A program made the translations under genes and the position numbers. Of a DNA stretch of 64,000 bases, positions 1 through 9,210 are shown in pieces. The notes under the pieces are model-generated. The model ran no database searches and was not told the DNA's origin. It was given only the letters and a program-made list of their open reading frames with translations. The number at the start of each line of letters is the position of its first letter. The stretch's first letter is position 1. This DNA is from Armatimonadota bacterium (GTDB lineage Bacteria; Armatimonadota; UBA10988), in contig JACRKZ010000102.1 of assembly GCA_016235455.1 (NCBI GenBank), positions 1 through 64,000 on the forward strand. Direction: 5' to 3'.

Positions 1-2
1 AA

Positions 3-341
3 GTCGAACTCGTGGTTGCCCAGGCACATGGCGTCGTAGCCCATCTGGTTCATGCATTCCAGGTCGAGGAACCCGGTCAGCAGGTTGGAGATGGGTGTGC
101 CTTGGAAGACGTCGCCGGCGTCGAGCAGCAGCCACTGGTAGGCGGTATCGGCCCGCTCGCGCTGGATGGCCACACGACGCCGAGCCACGCCGCCCCAGCC
201 ATCACGGCCGTCGTTGCGGAAGGGCAGGAGATGACCGTGGTGGTCATTGGTGTGCATGACGCCAAGTCGGAACGTCTCGGCGGGCACGGCGGTGACGGCG
301 AGCAGCAGGGCGACGACGGCACGGCACAGGACGCGACGCAT
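3..341 (-). CDS. 5'-nucleotidase / calcineurin-like metallophosphoesterase, N-terminal part (runs off the window)
   Basis: Manual translation: signal peptide MRRVLCRAVVALLLAV, then HTNDHHGH, DAGDVFQG and LGNHEFD motifs; AAGGAGG RBS upstream. Not in the ORF track because it is truncated. Confidence 0.88.
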   Translation of the reverse strand, partial: MRRVLCRAVVALLLAVTAVPAETFRLGVMHTNDHHGHLLPFRNDGRDGWGGVARRRVAIQRERADTAYQWLLLDAGDVFQGTPISNLLTGFLDLECMNQMGYDAMCLGNHEFD

Positions 342-398
342 GGCGGATCCTCCTTGGCGACAGCGAGTGCGTTCGCCGTCGCCAAGGAGGCGCCTTCC

Positions 399-2354
399 TC
401 AGAAGTCGAGGTCGGATGCGTCGAGTGACGCGACCACCCCGTTGCGCGGCGGCGCGACGGCCGTCAGGCGCTTGGCCTGGCCAGCGCCCGCGAGCGCGGG
501 CCGGCCGGCGGCCCGACCGAGCGCCGGTGCCGGCAGGGCCGGCTGGCTGCCGTGCGCGCCGTGGACCACGGAGTCCAGCATGGCCACCATCTCCTGGAGT
601 TCGCGCGCCTGAGCGTTGAGCTCCTCGCTCGAACTCGCGGACTCCTCGGCGTTGGCCGCGTTGCTCTGAGTGACTTGGTCCATGTGGCCCATGGCCTCAT
701 TGATCTGGCCGATGCCGGTAGCCTGCTCGCGACTGGCCGACGCGACCTCGTTGGCCAGCGCGGTCACCTGCGTGACGGTCTGCCCGATTTCGCTCAACAC
801 GCCCGCCACCTCTTCGCTGGCCGCCACGCCCAGGCCGGCGTTGCTCTGCGACTCGGCGATCAGCGTGGCCGTGCTCTTGGCCGCCTCGGCGCTGCGGTGC
901 GCCAGGTTGCGCACCTCCTCGGCCACCACGGCAAAGCCCTTGCCGGCGTGGCCGGCGCGGGCCGCCTCGACCGCGGCGTTTAGCGCCAGCAGATTGGTCT
1001 GGAAGGCGATCTCGTCGATGGTCTTGAGGATCACCGCGGTCTGGTTGGACGATTGGCGAATGGCCGACATCGCGTCGGCCATGCGGCCCATCGCGGCATC
1101 GGCCGACCGGGCCGCACCCATGGCCGCACCGGCCTTGGCGCTGGCGATCTGCGCGTTCTCCGCGCTCTTGCCGGTCATCGCGGCCATCTCTTCGAGCGAG
1201 GCCGAGGTCTCTTCCAGGCTGGAGGCCTGCTCGCTGGCGCCCGCCGCCATGGACTGGCTGGCCTCGCTCAGCTGACCCGAGGCCTGCGCCACCTGGCGGC
1301 TGGCCCGGCCCAGGCCGTCGATGGCCTGCTGGATCGGCGCGGTGATGCTGCGCGTCATGCCCACCGCCAGGGCAGCACCCAGTACCAGCACGATGCCCAA
1401 ACCCAGAATCAGGCCCAGGCGGGCCCGCTGGAGCGCTGTGGTGGCCGCCTTGGCGGTCTCGCTCATGCTCTTGAGCCCGTTGTCGGCCGTGGTCGTGGTC
1501 TGCTCCTTGACGCGGTTCGCCGCGGCCAGGCGCAGGGCGTCATTGGCCTTCTGCGCACCCAGCGCTTCCAGGACCGTGCTCAGTCCGGTCCGGTAGTCGC
1601 TGGCCGCCTTCTTGATCGCGTCCAGTTGCTTGGCGTTGGCCTCCTGACGCGTGGCACCGCGCACCTCGTCGACCAGGGCGCCGATCTTCTCGAAGTTGCC
1701 CATCACGCCTTCGATGAAGCTGGCGTCGCGCCGTGCCACCGAGCGCCAGACGGCCACGCGAATGCCCATGCCCAGGTTCAGCGCGTCGGTGATGCGCCGG
1801 ATCTTGCCGGTGCGGTCCAGCACGGCGTCGGCGCCCTGCGTGGCGGTCGACGTCATCTGTTCGTGCTGGCTGGCCAGGTAGCCGTTGCTCTGGTCCATGA
1901 ACACCTTGGCCGTGGCGGCCAGACCCTCCAGGGCGGCATCCATCGACTCCACGCTGGCTTTGGTCTTCTCCGCCGCCGCGCGGTAGTCAGCCAGGCTGGC
2001 CTGCGCTTCTTTGGCCGCCTTGCCCAGTTGCACCAGACTGGCCCTGCCCGCGGCCAGCTTCTCAGCTTGGGTCAGCGACTGCGCGACGCCCTCGAAGCTC
2101 TTGGTCGTGTCGTCATAGAGTTTGGGGTCACCGGTCAGGGCGTACCCCCGCATGGTGTACATGGCTGCCGACAGGCTGCGTTCAGCACCATTGGCAACGG
2201 TGACCTGCGGCACCATTTCATTGGCCAACTGCGTCGAGTGAGCACAGACGGAGCGCATGCTTGCGCCCACGATTACCCCTAGGAGTACGGCCAGGAAGAG
2301 GATGCTGCCAAAACCCCAACCCAGCTGCGCGCCCAGTTTCATCCCTCTCAACAT
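399..2354 (-). CDS. Methyl-accepting chemotaxis protein
   Basis: Two TM segments around a sensor domain; [37 protein letters not shown] signalling hairpin; GGAGG RBS before MLRGMK. Confidence 0.95.
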   Translation of the reverse strand: MLRGMKLGAQLGWGFGSILFLAVLLGVIVGASMRSVCAHSTQLANEMVPQVTVANGAERSLSAAMYTMRGYALTGDPKLYDDTTKSFEGVAQSLTQAEKLAAGRASLVQLGKAAKEAQASLADYRAAAEKTKASVESMDAALEGLAATAKVFMDQSNGYLASQHEQMTSTATQGADAVLDRTGKIRRITDALNLGMGIRVAVWRSVARRDASFIEGVMGNFEKIGALVDEVRGATRQEANAKQLDAIKKAASDYRTGLSTVLEALGAQKANDALRLAAANRVKEQTTTTADNGLKSMSETAKAATTALQRARLGLILGLGIVLVLGAALAVGMTRSITAPIQQAIDGLGRASRQVAQASGQLSEASQSMAAGASEQASSLEETSASLEEMAAMTGKSAENAQIASAKAGAAMGAARSADAAMGRMADAMSAIRQSSNQTAVILKTIDEIAFQTNLLALNAAVEAARAGHAGKGFAVVAEEVRNLAHRSAEAAKSTATLIAESQSNAGLGVAASEEVAGVLSEIGQTVTQVTALANEVASASREQATGIGQINEAMGHMDQVTQSNAANAEESASSSEELNAQARELQEMVAMLDSVVHGAHGSQPALPAPALGRAAGRPALAGAGQAKRLTAVAPPRNGVVASLDASDLDF

Positions 2355-2895
2355 CTCAGGACCTCCGGACTGCGTGCGACTCTGCGAACGAGGACGAACG
2401 GCCGAACGCTGGCTGGCTCGAGAAGCACCTGCGTACGCCTGATCCTCCCTGTGGCCGGCGGCCACGCGACCTGCCGGCTGCGCCTGGGCTAACATCGGCC
2501 GCCGGTTGCCCCAAGTGCAACGCGCCGTGACACGCTTGTCTGAACCCCGTGTAACATTGAGGCGATGTCACAATCGATCCGCGCGAACCAGCAAACGTGT
2601 TTCTGCTACTATCAGTCAACAGCAAACGCCGCGCTGACTGCGATACCGCAAGCGGCGCGGCGCCGCGACCGTGGCCAGTCGCCCGAGGAGATATGACTGG
2701 GAATCTTGTCGTCATCTATCTACAGAGAATCTGTGTCAACGTCTTACGCTCGACATGACCCTCGTGACATCGGCCAATGGGTAGTACATAAGGCCAATTA
2801 TGGCAGTTAGGCCGACACGGCTTGCCGGCCGGCGGCAGGTGCGCGGCCGCGCGCCGCGAATAGCTGGAGCGACACCGTGACCCGGAGACGTCCAC

Positions 2896-3450
2896 ATGCC
2901 CGCCCGACCGATGCTGCCGCCGTCGTTCGACAGCGAACGCCTGACCATCGGCTGTTACGCCGCCGATGACGGTCCGGCCGTCAACGCCGCCGTGCTCGAC
3001 GCGCTGGCCACGCTGCGGCCCTGGATGCCCTGGGCACAGATTCCGCCGTCGCTCGACGAGTCCGCTGCGTTCTGCCGCCGGTCGCGCGACGACTATCTGG
3101 CCGCGACCAACTTCACGCTCAAGCTCGCACTGCGCGACACCGGCGAGATGGTCGGCAGCAGCGGCCTGCATCCGCGCCTCGAAGTGCCCGACGCCTACGA
3201 GATTGGCTACTGGCTGCGCCCCGGCTTCGTCGGTCAGGGTCTGGTCACCGAAGCCGTGCGGGCCATCGCGGCCATCGGCTTCGAGGCGCTGCACGCCTCA
3301 CGCATCGAGATCCACGCCGAGGAACATAATGCCCGCAGTCGCGCCGTGCCCGAGCGCCTCGGCTGGCGCCACATCGGCCAGCGCGACCACCTCAACGTCG
3401 CCGGTGAGAAGGTCAAGATGATCATCTACGCCGTCTGGCCGCCGGGCTGA
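2896..3450 (+). CDS. GNAT N-acetyltransferase, RimJ/RimL family
   Basis: SERL, LRPWMPWA, EIGYWL..GQGLVTEA and N.RSRAVPERLG motifs. Confidence 0.9.
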   Translation: MPARPMLPPSFDSERLTIGCYAADDGPAVNAAVLDALATLRPWMPWAQIPPSLDESAAFCRRSRDDYLAATNFTLKLALRDTGEMVGSSGLHPRLEVPDAYEIGYWLRPGFVGQGLVTEAVRAIAAIGFEALHASRIEIHAEEHNARSRAVPERLGWRHIGQRDHLNVAGEKVKMIIYAVWPPG

Positions 3451-3457
3451 GCGCCGC

Positions 3458-4327
3458 CTACCGGTAGCGGTACGGGTTCGGGTCCCAGTCCAGCAGCCCG
3501 TTCTTGCAGACATCCATCGCTCGCCAGGGCATGGTGTCGCCGGAGCCGACCGGATGGCCCGGCAGGTAGACCAGCGCCTGGTCGCCTTGGATGACAAACA
3601 CGCGCCACGGCGCCTCGAACGACACGGAGCGGTCGGCCGTCCTGCCCAACACACGCCGGATGTCCGCGTCGGACTTGCCGTGCCAACGCCGCGTGGCCGC
3701 CTCGTCCCGCTTCGTGTCACGGCTGACGCCGACCACGCCCTCGGCATCCAACTCGAACACCAGGCCTGGGTAGCGCAGCCGCGTCCGCTGCCGCTCGTAG
3801 ACCACCTGCAGGCCACCTGCGCGTGGCAGCGCCGCGAGCAGCGGGCGATGCAGCGTGATCGTGTCGAGGCTGGCCGGCGCGTAGCCCGCGGCCCGTTCCT
3901 GGCGGCGGATCTCGGTGAGCAGCGGCGCCATGGCCGCGACGAAGCGTTGCTCGGCACCGTCGTGCGCGCCGGCGGCCAGGAACGGCGAGGCCATGGCGAC
4001 CGCCACACCCAGGAGGAGCAGCCCGCCCCACAGCCGCAGCGCGACGCGCTCGGCCCGGCTGGGCTGGGTCAGCACCGCGCAGCACGCCAGCCACACGGGC
4101 GCCGATAGCGCGCAGCCGCAGAACAGCAGGATGCCGACGAGCAGGCTCATGCCGAGCGCCTGCCGGTCAAGCAGATCGGCGCCCAGGGCGGCAGGCAGGC
4201 ATTCGGCAACCACCACCCACATCGTGGCACCAGCGACCATGGCCGCCGCGCCCAGCGCCAGCAGCCCGAGCACGACCGGCCACGGCCGCCGCGGCGGCGG
4301 GAACTCGACCCGTTGTGTTCTGTCCAT
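3458..4327 (-). CDS. Hypothetical membrane protein, tandem paralog 1
   Basis: MDRTQRVEFPPP start, about 3 hydrophobic helices, C-terminal domain shared with neighbours (YERQR.RL.Y..LVFELD..G, EAPWR, LVYLPG). Confidence 0.8.
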   Translation of the reverse strand: MDRTQRVEFPPPRRPWPVVLGLLALGAAAMVAGATMWVVVAECLPAALGADLLDRQALGMSLLVGILLFCGCALSAPVWLACCAVLTQPSRAERVALRLWGGLLLLGVAVAMASPFLAAGAHDGAEQRFVAAMAPLLTEIRRQERAAGYAPASLDTITLHRPLLAALPRAGGLQVVYERQRTRLRYPGLVFELDAEGVVGVSRDTKRDEAATRRWHGKSDADIRRVLGRTADRSVSFEAPWRVFVIQGDQALVYLPGHPVGSGDTMPWRAMDVCKNGLLDWDPNPYRYR

Positions 4328-4395
4328 CGCGCCACCCCACCTGCCAAGGGCTATAACCGCGGGCCGCGATCGCCCAACGCTGCCGTGAGGGGTCC

Positions 4396-5271
4396 TCACC
4401 GGTACCGCTCAGGATCCGGATCCCATTCGAGCAACCGGTCCTTGCAGACATCCACCCACCGCCAGGGCGCGAACTCGAAGTCGCGGACCTCATGGCCCGG
4501 CATGTAGACCAACGCCTGGTCGCCCTCGATCACGTACAAGCGCCACGCCGCCTCGAAGCAGACGGGCTGCTCGTCCGGCTTGCCCAGTTGCTGCGTGACG
4601 GCCGCCGCCGACTTGCCGCGCCAGCGCCGGGTGGCCTCGGTGTCCGGGTCTATCTGGCGGCTCACGCTGGTGACCAGGCCGTCGGCGTCCAGCTCGAACA
4701 CCAGGCCGTCGAGGTAACACAACCGCGAGCGTTGCCGCTCATACACCACGTGCAGGCCGCCGGCCCGCGGTAGCGCCGCGAGCAGCGGGCGGTGCAGCGC
4801 GACGGTGTCCATGGTAGCCGGCGGATGGCCCGTGGCATTCTCCGCACGGTGAATCGCGCTGATCAGCGGCGCCATCGCCTCGACGAAGCGGCCGGCGGCG
4901 CCGCGGTGCGCGCTGGCCGCCTGGCCCGGGAGTGTGAACGCGGCCACGACGCCCAGCGCGAGCACCCCGAGCCACAGCCGTAGCACCACCTGTTCGGCCC
5001 GGCTGGGTTGCTGGAGCAGACCGCGGCACAACAGCCGCACCAGCGCCGACACCGCGCAGCCACAGAGCAGTCCGGCGCCGATCAGCAGGCCGTCCACGGC
5101 GGTGCCCGGGTAGAGCAGATCGGCGCCTTGCGACATGGGCAGGCATTGGCCGAGCAGGACCCACGTGGTGACACGGGCGACCATGCCCACCGTGCCCAGC
5201 GCACCGAGCCAGAGCAAGATCGGTAGCGGCCGCCGCGGCGGCGGGAACTCGACCCGTTGTGTGCTGTCCAT
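4396..5271 (-). CDS. Hypothetical membrane protein, tandem paralog 2
   Basis: MDSTQRVEFPPP start; close copy of 3458-4327 at protein and DNA level. Confidence 0.8.
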   Translation of the reverse strand: MDSTQRVEFPPPRRPLPILLWLGALGTVGMVARVTTWVLLGQCLPMSQGADLLYPGTAVDGLLIGAGLLCGCAVSALVRLLCRGLLQQPSRAEQVVLRLWLGVLALGVVAAFTLPGQAASAHRGAAGRFVEAMAPLISAIHRAENATGHPPATMDTVALHRPLLAALPRAGGLHVVYERQRSRLCYLDGLVFELDADGLVTSVSRQIDPDTEATRRWRGKSAAAVTQQLGKPDEQPVCFEAAWRLYVIEGDQALVYMPGHEVRDFEFAPWRWVDVCKDRLLEWDPDPERYR

Positions 5272-5342
5272 CGCACCACCCCACTTGCAGTGGGTTGTTA
5301 CCGTCCAGCGCGTGCTGCAAACATCACCCGCCCTGCCCCAGC

Positions 5343-6197
5343 CTACTCCCGGTACCAGAGTCGCCACATGCTCTCCGGATTGGCGGACAGGCAGGGCGAG
5401 TCGCCGGCTCGCCAACCCACGCCCGGCCGGTAGACCAGAGCGCCGCTCCACCAGGCGTCGGCGCTGAAGACCATCCGCCACGGGCCTGGGAAGTAGGCGT
5501 CGCGGGCCATGGGCGGGCCCAACTGGGCGATGATATCGGCCTCGCGGCGGCCCCGGTGGCGCTCGGTGGCCTCATCGTCCAGGCGGTCGTCACGCCGCAC
5601 GCGCAGGACGCGGCCGTCGGGGTCAAGCTCGAAGTGCAGAGCGTTGGCGTAGCGCAGGCGGCGGGCGGGTCGCTCGTAGCGGAATGTGGCCGCGGCGTAG
5701 ACGCCCGGCAGCGCCTGGGTCACGCGGCGGGCCAGGTTGCCGAGATCGCCCTCACTGGGCGCGGCACCGTTGCCGCGCAGCACCGTGGTCATGGCCTGCG
5801 TCTCCGTGGTGAGCACGGCCAGGGCGTGTTCGGTGGCGCGGCGGCTCAGCGGCCCGACCCAGAAGACCAGCGACAGGCCCAGCACCAGCGCAGGCCACCA
5901 AGCGGCCAGCACGAACCGCTCGTGTCGCCCAGGCGGGGCCGACTTGACCTTGGCCGAAAGCCACATGAACAGCGCGATGCCGCACCACGTCCAGGTCAGC
6001 CAGGCCTCTTCCGAGCCCGGCCGCGAGCGGTACGCGCCGAGCAGCAACTGCGAGCCCTCGCGCGCCTCGGCCCAGCACTGGCGGTAGACCGCCCAGCCGC
6101 CGGCGAGGGTAGCCAGCCAGGTAAAGCTGGCGGCCAGGTCCATCAGCAGATACGGCTGGCCCTCGGCCGGGAAACGCACTTGCTGCTGCGTCCGCAT
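5343..6197 (-). CDS. Hypothetical membrane protein, tandem paralog 3
   Basis: MRTQQQVRFP start, 3 TM, YERPARRLRY..LHFELDPDG..GPWR..LVYRPG. Confidence 0.78.
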   Translation of the reverse strand: MRTQQQVRFPAEGQPYLLMDLAASFTWLATLAGGWAVYRQCWAEAREGSQLLLGAYRSRPGSEEAWLTWTWCGIALFMWLSAKVKSAPPGRHERFVLAAWWPALVLGLSLVFWVGPLSRRATEHALAVLTTETQAMTTVLRGNGAAPSEGDLGNLARRVTQALPGVYAAATFRYERPARRLRYANALHFELDPDGRVLRVRRDDRLDDEATERHRGRREADIIAQLGPPMARDAYFPGPWRMVFSADAWWSGALVYRPGVGWRAGDSPCLSANPESMWRLWYRE

Positions 6198-6208
6198 GGT
6201 CTATCCCC

Positions 6209-6859
6209 CTATCGCGGTCGGCCAAAGGGCGACGGACCGCGCCCGCGCCGCCAGCCGCCAAGCTCGGCGCCGGGATGCCCCGGCACATACGCCAACCAGC
6301 CGTCGCCGGTACCGTAGGCCAACCGCCAGGGATCCGGCTCGATCGCCAGCCGGGCCGACGGCTCGCCCGCCTCGGGCAGGTCGGCGTTCAGCCGCGCCGC
6401 CAGCCGCGCCAACGCCCGGTCGTCGGGCAGCTGACCGCGGTCCAGCGCCTCGACCGTGCTGGCCGTACGGCTCACGAGGATGCGCATGGCGTGGGCGTGG
6501 CACAGCCGGCAGACCGGCCAGTGGGCCAACACCGTCGCCACGCCGAGCAGCAGCGCCGCGAGCCACAGCCGCAGTCGCCAGTCCGAGCGCCGCGCCGACG
6601 GGTCCAGTGCGCTCTGGCTCCACCACCAAAGGCAGGCCGAGACCAGGCACCCGAAGGTCAGGAAGACATTCGGCGACAGGCCGGCATACCACAGGCTCTG
6701 GGCCGGCCGGGCGATCCCCGCGCCGTACCACAGCGGCAGCCAGCTATCGGTCACCATCCAGACCAGGCCGCCCATCGCCCAGAGGACGGTCACGGCCGTA
6801 CCCCGGCGCAGATCGGCCTGCGTCGCGCGGTCGCCGAAACTGACCACCTGCCTGGCCAT
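6209..6859 (-). CDS. Hypothetical membrane protein, shorter tandem paralog 4
   Basis: MARQVVSF start with TACAAT -10-like site and GGGAG upstream; 3 TM; keeps PWRL..LAYVPG but lacks the FELD segment. Confidence 0.65.
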   Translation of the reverse strand: MARQVVSFGDRATQADLRRGTAVTVLWAMGGLVWMVTDSWLPLWYGAGIARPAQSLWYAGLSPNVFLTFGCLVSACLWWWSQSALDPSARRSDWRLRLWLAALLLGVATVLAHWPVCRLCHAHAMRILVSRTASTVEALDRGQLPDDRALARLAARLNADLPEAGEPSARLAIEPDPWRLAYGTGDGWLAYVPGHPGAELGGWRRGRGPSPFGRPR

Positions 6860-6891
6860 GGGGCGCGAGCTCCCCTGTTGCGCTGCTGTTC

Positions 6892-9192
6892 CTATTGTAG
6901 CCGCGCGGGGGCGGGTTGGTATAGGCGGTGCGTGCGCCGGGCTATGGTGCGCGCCAGAAGCGCCAGACGTCCTCGTCGTCGACAACGAAGACGAACATGC
7001 CGTCGCTGGCCTGCCAACGGCCGCGGCTGGGCTCGTAGACCAGCCGGCTGTGGAACGTGGTGTAGACCAGCCGCCAGGGGCCGGCGAACAGCACGTCGCG
7101 GTGTTCCGGTGTGCCGGCCCGCGCGATGATCTGGGCCTCGCCATGGCCCTGGTACCGAGCGGTGGCCTCGCTGTCGACGGTGCCGTCGCGCCGCACACGC
7201 AGCAGCCCGGCCTGGTCGTCGAGCTCGAACGACAGGCCGTGAGGATAGCGCAGGCGCCGTGCCGGCCGCTGGTAGATGAACCAGGCATCGCGGTCCACCC
7301 TGGGCAACGCGCGGCGGACACGCCGGCCCAGGTCGGCGAGCGCTTCGGCGCTGGGCGCCTTGTCGCTGCCTGCGATCACTCGCACCCTGTAGCGCGTCTG
7401 CTGCTCGAACAGCCGCCGGGCGTGATCGCCTGCCCGCCGGCTCAGTGGCGAGACCAGGAACACCAGGGACACCCCCAGCACCAGCGGGGGCAGCCACGCG
7501 GCCAGCAGTTGGCGCTCGCCGCGGCCGGGCGGGCGCCAACTGACGAGCGAGACCAGCCACTCCACGATCGAGATGCCGCAGAAGACGCTGAGGACCAGCA
7601 GCTCGCCCCAGGGGTCGCTCGGTACAGAGGCGGGGTTGAGCAACTGCGACCCTTGGCGCGGCAGCGCCCAGCACTGCCAGTAGAGCACCCACGCGCCCCA
7701 CCCCGCCAGAAGCCACATCAACGCGACCGACACCACCTGTCGGCGGCGATAGCCTGGGTCCTTGGGCGGGAATTGCATCGATTGGCTTCTCCAGCACACG
7801 CTGACCGCTGCCCGGCGCCGGCGGCAGGTCGACCTTCGGCAGCCAGCGCGCCAGCTCCGCGAGGCGCGCGGCCTGGGCGGGGTCGCCCGCCAGATTGCGC
7901 CACTCGTTGGGGTCGGCCTGCATGTCGTACAGCTCCTGCGAGCCGTCGGCATAGCGGATGTAGCGCCAGCGCTCGGTGCGCACGGTATGGTTGCCCTGGT
8001 TGTGCGTGGTGATCGCCGGCCACGGCCGCGCGGCGCGCGCGTTCCGCAGTTGGGGCACCAGGCTGTGGCCTTCGAGCCCAGGCCGAGCCGGCAGACCGCA
8101 GAGCGCGTTCAGCGTCGGGTACATGTCCAGCAGCTCGGCCGGCTGGGTGCAGCGTTGACCGGCCTTCACGCCCGGCCCGGCGAAGATCAGCGGCACCCGC
8201 GTGGAGCGCTCCCACAGCGAGTTCTTGCCGGTTATGTCCTTCTCGCCCAGGTGCCAGGCGTTGTCCGACCAGAGCACGACGATCGTGTTGTCGCGACGGC
8301 CCGTCTCTTCCAGCGCGGCCAGCAGCCGGCCGATCTGGCTGTCCATGAACGCTGTGCTGGCCAAGTAGGCGTGGACCAGCGGCCGCCATTGGTCGTGCGC
8401 CCTCAGCCACGACAACCGCGGCTCGGGCAGCTTCCAGTGCAGATACCACGAGAACTGCGGCGTGTCGTCGCGGTCACCGGTCAGTACCGGCGGCAGCCGG
8501 ATGTCCTCGGGCCGGCCGATCAGATCGAACCACGGCTGGCTGGCGAAGCACGGCACATGCGGCAGGCGGAACCCGCAGGCCAGGAACAGCGGCTGGCTCC
8601 GGGGCTGCGCGCGCAGGTGCTCTATGGCCCGGTCGGCGATCTGCCAGTCCGCCTGCAGGCGGTCGTCGGTGGGGAATACGCCCCAGTCCACCGCGCGCAT
8701 GGGGTCGGGCGTCTGCACGAACTTGGTGGGCGGCAGCGGCATGCCCGGCGCGGGCCCCCAGACGTCGAGTTCCTTGGCTCGTAGCTCGGGCGGGATGGCG
8801 CCGTCGTGAAACACCTTACCGAACCCGGCGGTGTGGTAGCCATGCTGGGCGAAGTGCTGCGGCAGCGTCACCGCGTCACGCGTGGCCGGCACCGCGCGCA
8901 GGCCCGGCACCAGCCCGTAGATGCCCGTGCTCGACGGCCGCCGGCCGGTCAGCAGGCTGCTGCGCGAGGGGTTGCACAGCGGCGCCTGGCAGTGCGCGTT
9001 GCCGAACAGCGTGCCGCGCGCGGCCAGCGCGTCCAGGTGCGGGGTCCGCGCCTGCGGATGCCCGCCGAGACAGCCGACCCAGTCGTTCAGGTCGTCGATG
9101 GCGATGAACAACACATCGGGCCGCTTGGGCTGGGCCATCGCGGCGGCAGCCATGGCCAGCCCGGCCGTGCGCATGAAGCCTCGTCGGTCCAT
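6892..9192 (-). CDS. Sulfatase (choline/iduronate-sulfatase-like), Tat-type leader; the domain ends near 7780 but the frame reads through
   Basis: MDRRGF twin-arginine leader, IDDLND, CNPSR formylglycine motif, ELYD. The last ~290 codons overlap paralog 5 in another frame and look like non-native sequence. Confidence 0.88.
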   Translation of the reverse strand: MDRRGFMRTAGLAMAAAAMAQPKRPDVLFIAIDDLNDWVGCLGGHPQARTPHLDALAARGTLFGNAHCQAPLCNPSRSSLLTGRRPSSTGIYGLVPGLRAVPATRDAVTLPQHFAQHGYHTAGFGKVFHDGAIPPELRAKELDVWGPAPGMPLPPTKFVQTPDPMRAVDWGVFPTDDRLQADWQIADRAIEHLRAQPRSQPLFLACGFRLPHVPCFASQPWFDLIGRPEDIRLPPVLTGDRDDTPQFSWYLHWKLPEPRLSWLRAHDQWRPLVHAYLASTAFMDSQIGRLLAALEETGRRDNTIVVLWSDNAWHLGEKDITGKNSLWERSTRVPLIFAGPGVKAGQRCTQPAELLDMYPTLNALCGLPARPGLEGHSLVPQLRNARAARPWPAITTHNQGNHTVRTERWRYIRYADGSQELYDMQADPNEWRNLAGDPAQAARLAELARWLPKVDLPPAPGSGQRVLEKPIDAIPAQGPRLSPPTGGVGRVDVASGGVGRVGALLAVLGAAAPRVAVAQPRLCTERPLGRAAGPQRLLRHLDRGVAGLARQLAPARPRRAPTAGRVAAPAGAGGVPGVPGLATEPAGRRSRPAAVRAADALQGASDRRQRQGAQRRSARRPGPACPPRVAQGGPRCLVHLPAAGTAPALSSRPVVRARRPGRAAACAARRHRRQRGHRSVPGPWRGPDHRAGRHTGTPRRAVRRPLAAGLHHVPQPAGLRAQPRPLAGQRRHVRLRCRRRGRLALLARTIARRTHRLYQPAPARLQ
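6942..7778 (-). CDS. Hypothetical membrane protein, tandem paralog 5
   Basis: MQFPPK start with GGAG upstream; YQRPARRLRYPHGLSFELD, GPWRL, LVYEP; resembles paralog 3. Confidence 0.75.
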   Translation of the reverse strand: MQFPPKDPGYRRRQVVSVALMWLLAGWGAWVLYWQCWALPRQGSQLLNPASVPSDPWGELLVLSVFCGISIVEWLVSLVSWRPPGRGERQLLAAWLPPLVLGVSLVFLVSPLSRRAGDHARRLFEQQTRYRVRVIAGSDKAPSAEALADLGRRVRRALPRVDRDAWFIYQRPARRLRYPHGLSFELDDQAGLLRVRRDGTVDSEATARYQGHGEAQIIARAGTPEHRDVLFAGPWRLVYTTFHSRLVYEPSRGRWQASDGMFVFVVDDEDVWRFWRAP

Positions 9193-9210
9193 CAAGTACG
9201 CTCCCAGGGC

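Noticed and set aside
2355-2895. Riboswitch or sigma28 promoter upstream of the MCP
   Set aside because: GCCGAT occurs on the minus strand near 2495 and 2770, but there is no properly spaced TAAA -35 and no recognisable c-di-GMP aptamer.
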